From a virus (lineage: Duplodnaviria; Caudoviricetes), in the IMG/VR virus record IMGVR_UViG_3300020402_000116, positions 1 through 35,695 of that record: a DNA stretch of 35,695 bases; one strand, 5' to 3'. A model generated the notes under the pieces. That model saw nothing but the letters and a program-made list of their open reading frames with translations. It was not told the origin of the DNA and searched no databases. Position 1 is the stretch's first letter. Each line of letters begins with the position of its first letter. Positions 34,138-35,695 of the stretch are shown in pieces. A program made the translations under genes and the position numbers.

Positions 34138-34397
34138 TATTCACCACCTCCATTTCCACCATTGCCACCTCCGTTTCCGTTTCCACCATTTCCGTTTCCG
34201 TTTCCGTTTCCATTACCATTGCCGTTGCCATTTCCATTTGCAGGTGTCTCATCACCCCCACTTGTATTTTTTGGAACGCCAAGAATATATCTTCCCTTAT
34301 ATCTTATTTTTTTTGGTACGCATTGTTTTAATTTTTTATCGTACTTCATACCTGGTGGGCATCTGTTATCGTTCATTAAATCTTTATATGTTTTCAT
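34137..34397 (-). CDS. Small protein with Cys-pair microdomain and Gly-Asn tail
   Basis: MKTYKDLMND leader, CPPGMKYDKKLKQCVP, then (NG)n. TAATG-coupled on both sides. Confidence 0.7.
   Translation of the reverse strand: MKTYKDLMNDNRCPPGMKYDKKLKQCVPKKIRYKGRYILGVPKNTSGGDETPANGNGNGNGNGNGNGNGNGGNGNGGGNGGNGGGE
34144..34240. repeat. Degenerate hexamer repeat (CCRTTN-like) encoding Gly-Asn
   Basis: ccgtttccgtttcc... / ccatttccattt arrays inside the 86-aa ORF. Confidence 0.85.
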
Positions 34398-35695
34398 TAC
34401 TTTGTTGCCAATGAGTTATATTTTACTGCAAGAGAATGTTGTCCTAATTTTTTTACACCTGCATGACCTGATTTGTTAGTTCTAATAGACATCTTCATAA
34501 TTAAACTATCTGAACCAGACTTTAATTCTATTTCCCAATTTTGCTTAGAAGTTCTACTAGGATATGCTTTTACAAAATCTACTTGTGGTATGAATACTCC
34601 TAAAGCATCTTTTTCAGTTATCTCTGAATAAGTTTTACCAGCTGCTTTAATTACCATTGTAGGTGTGTCTGGTGCGTCTCTTAAAACTTCTCTTTTAATA
34701 TACTCTAAAGTATTTTTTCTATTTGCATTAAATAGTTTAATAACTTCTTGTCTCATTATTTCAAGATATGTATTATAAAGTTCTTCATACTTTTTATTAT
34801 TCTTTTTGTCAAAGTCTCTTAGAACTTGCGATGTTTTTCTATCTTTTTGAAATCTATTTGCTGGTGGCATACCTGGAACTTTACCATGTGCTTCTTTATG
34901 TACCTTAGCATAAATCCCTCTCAACTTATTACCTTGTCTGAATGAGTTGAATATAGTATTAACATAAGTGTTTAGTTTAGGTTCAGTAGTTTTCTTTCCA
35001 CCTGCTTTTAAACTAACACCTAATATTGATTTATCAAAATAAATTAAAAATATATCACCTGGGTGTCCACCTGGTACACCTGCAGGTTTAGATTTGTTTG
35101 TTGGGCCCCATCTAGTCTCAACTATTTTTTTATCTTTGTTTTGATCTAGAATGTATTGATGAATTGCAATAGCATTGTTCATCTTATCTTCAAACTTTGA
35201 TGAAGTATCTGCTCTATTAATTATCTCTTGAGCTTTTTCTACATCAGCTGGTATGACACATTTAAGTTGTTTAAGATTAACATCTAACAAGTACTCATGA
35301 AAAGATTTAGCATCTTTTGGTTTATATTTTTTTTCAAATGCAATGCATGGAAACAGTTCAGTAATTGAAGCATTTAAAGTTGTTTCACCCATTCCACCCG
35401 ATTGTGGTTTAACAAATATTCTAAATGCTCTATCCTCAAACGTACCATCAATAGGGTCTACACTAGATTGTGAGTCTCCTAGTTTTGCATCTACCCCAGC
35501 TTGTCTTAAATTTCTTAATATCTCGTCTCTATCTGTCTCTCTGTCTGGTGAACGTACAATTATAACATCTCTTTTAGATGAAGAAAGTTTACTAGATTTT
35601 GAATAGTCTAATCCTCTAAAAATATCAATAGGAAGATTCATAGCATCTTCTTGAATAAGATTTGAAATCTTTTCAACGTGATTTACTAGTTGTGT
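34397..35695 (-). CDS. PD-(D/E)XK restriction-endonuclease-like protein, probably 5'-truncated by the window edge
   Basis: ITELFP, HPGDIFL and GVSLKAG motifs. Frame is open upstream of the Met at 35641 to the edge (TQLVNHVEKISNLIQEDA). Confidence 0.65.
   Translation of the reverse strand, partial: TQLVNHVEKISNLIQEDAMNLPIDIFRGLDYSKSSKLSSSKRDVIIVRSPDRETDRDEILRNLRQAGVDAKLGDSQSSVDPIDGTFEDRAFRIFVKPQSGGMGETTLNASITELFPCIAFEKKYKPKDAKSFHEYLLDVNLKQLKCVIPADVEKAQEIINRADTSSKFEDKMNNAIAIHQYILDQNKDKKIVETRWGPTNKSKPAGVPGGHPGDIFLIYFDKSILGVSLKAGGKKTTEPKLNTYVNTIFNSFRQGNKLRGIYAKVHKEAHGKVPGMPPANRFQKDRKTSQVLRDFDKKNNKKYEELYNTYLEIMRQEVIKLFNANRKNTLEYIKREVLRDAPDTPTMVIKAAGKTYSEITEKDALGVFIPQVDFVKAYPSRTSKQNWEIELKSGSDSLIMKMSIRTNKSGHAGVKKLGQHSLAVKYNSLATK

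Noticed and set aside
34144-34240. CRISPR array or diversity-generating retroelement repeat
   Set aside because: Simple coding hexamer repeat with no spacers, cas genes or reverse transcriptase in the window.
635-35606. Numerous plus-strand ORFs in the track (e.g. 25465-26106, 28294-28803, 34063-34479)
   Set aside because: All are antisense shadows of well-supported minus-strand genes, with S/L/F/P-rich composition and no recognisable motifs.
1-35695. tRNA, rRNA, introns or inteins (including in nrdA/nrdB)
   Set aside because: Intergenic gaps are very short, no cloverleaf was seen, and nrdA/nrdB are uninterrupted.

Overview
This is a 35.7 kb AT-rich, gene-dense segment of a T4-like myophage, most similar in gene content to marine pelagimyophage/cyanomyophage-type genomes (host not determinable from the sequence). 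All credible genes lie on the minus strand, and many are translationally coupled. In transcription order (right to left) it holds: (1) a PD-(D/E)XK nuclease-like gene, a KxDG ligase-like gene, a cytidylyltransferase-like multidomain protein and several Lys/Glu-rich modular proteins, some with N-termini resembling the T4 capsid-targeting sequence; (2) tail-fibre and other structural genes behind T4-type late promoters; (3) a candidate lysis cassette (small holin-like ORF, i-/o-spanin pair, DUF1353); (4) primase, NrdA, a glutaredoxin-NrdB fusion, glutaredoxin, MazG-like and resolvase-like genes behind a perfect sigma70 promoter; (5) an enzyme island of glycosyltransferase, DUF1415-like, ATE/Bpt-like aminoacyl transferase, DUF6614-like, amidinotransferase and PIG-L deacetylase; (6) a curli-type module of two small membrane proteins, CsgF, CsgG, curlin-like, FecR-domain, second curlin-like and the start of a CHASE2 sensor cut by the window edge. 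The best candidates for an undescribed system are the curli + FecR + CHASE2 module, the deacetylase/amidinotransferase/aminoacyl-transferase island, and the putative capsid-packaged polyprotein/enzyme cluster. All family calls come from motif recognition by eye, not database searches.
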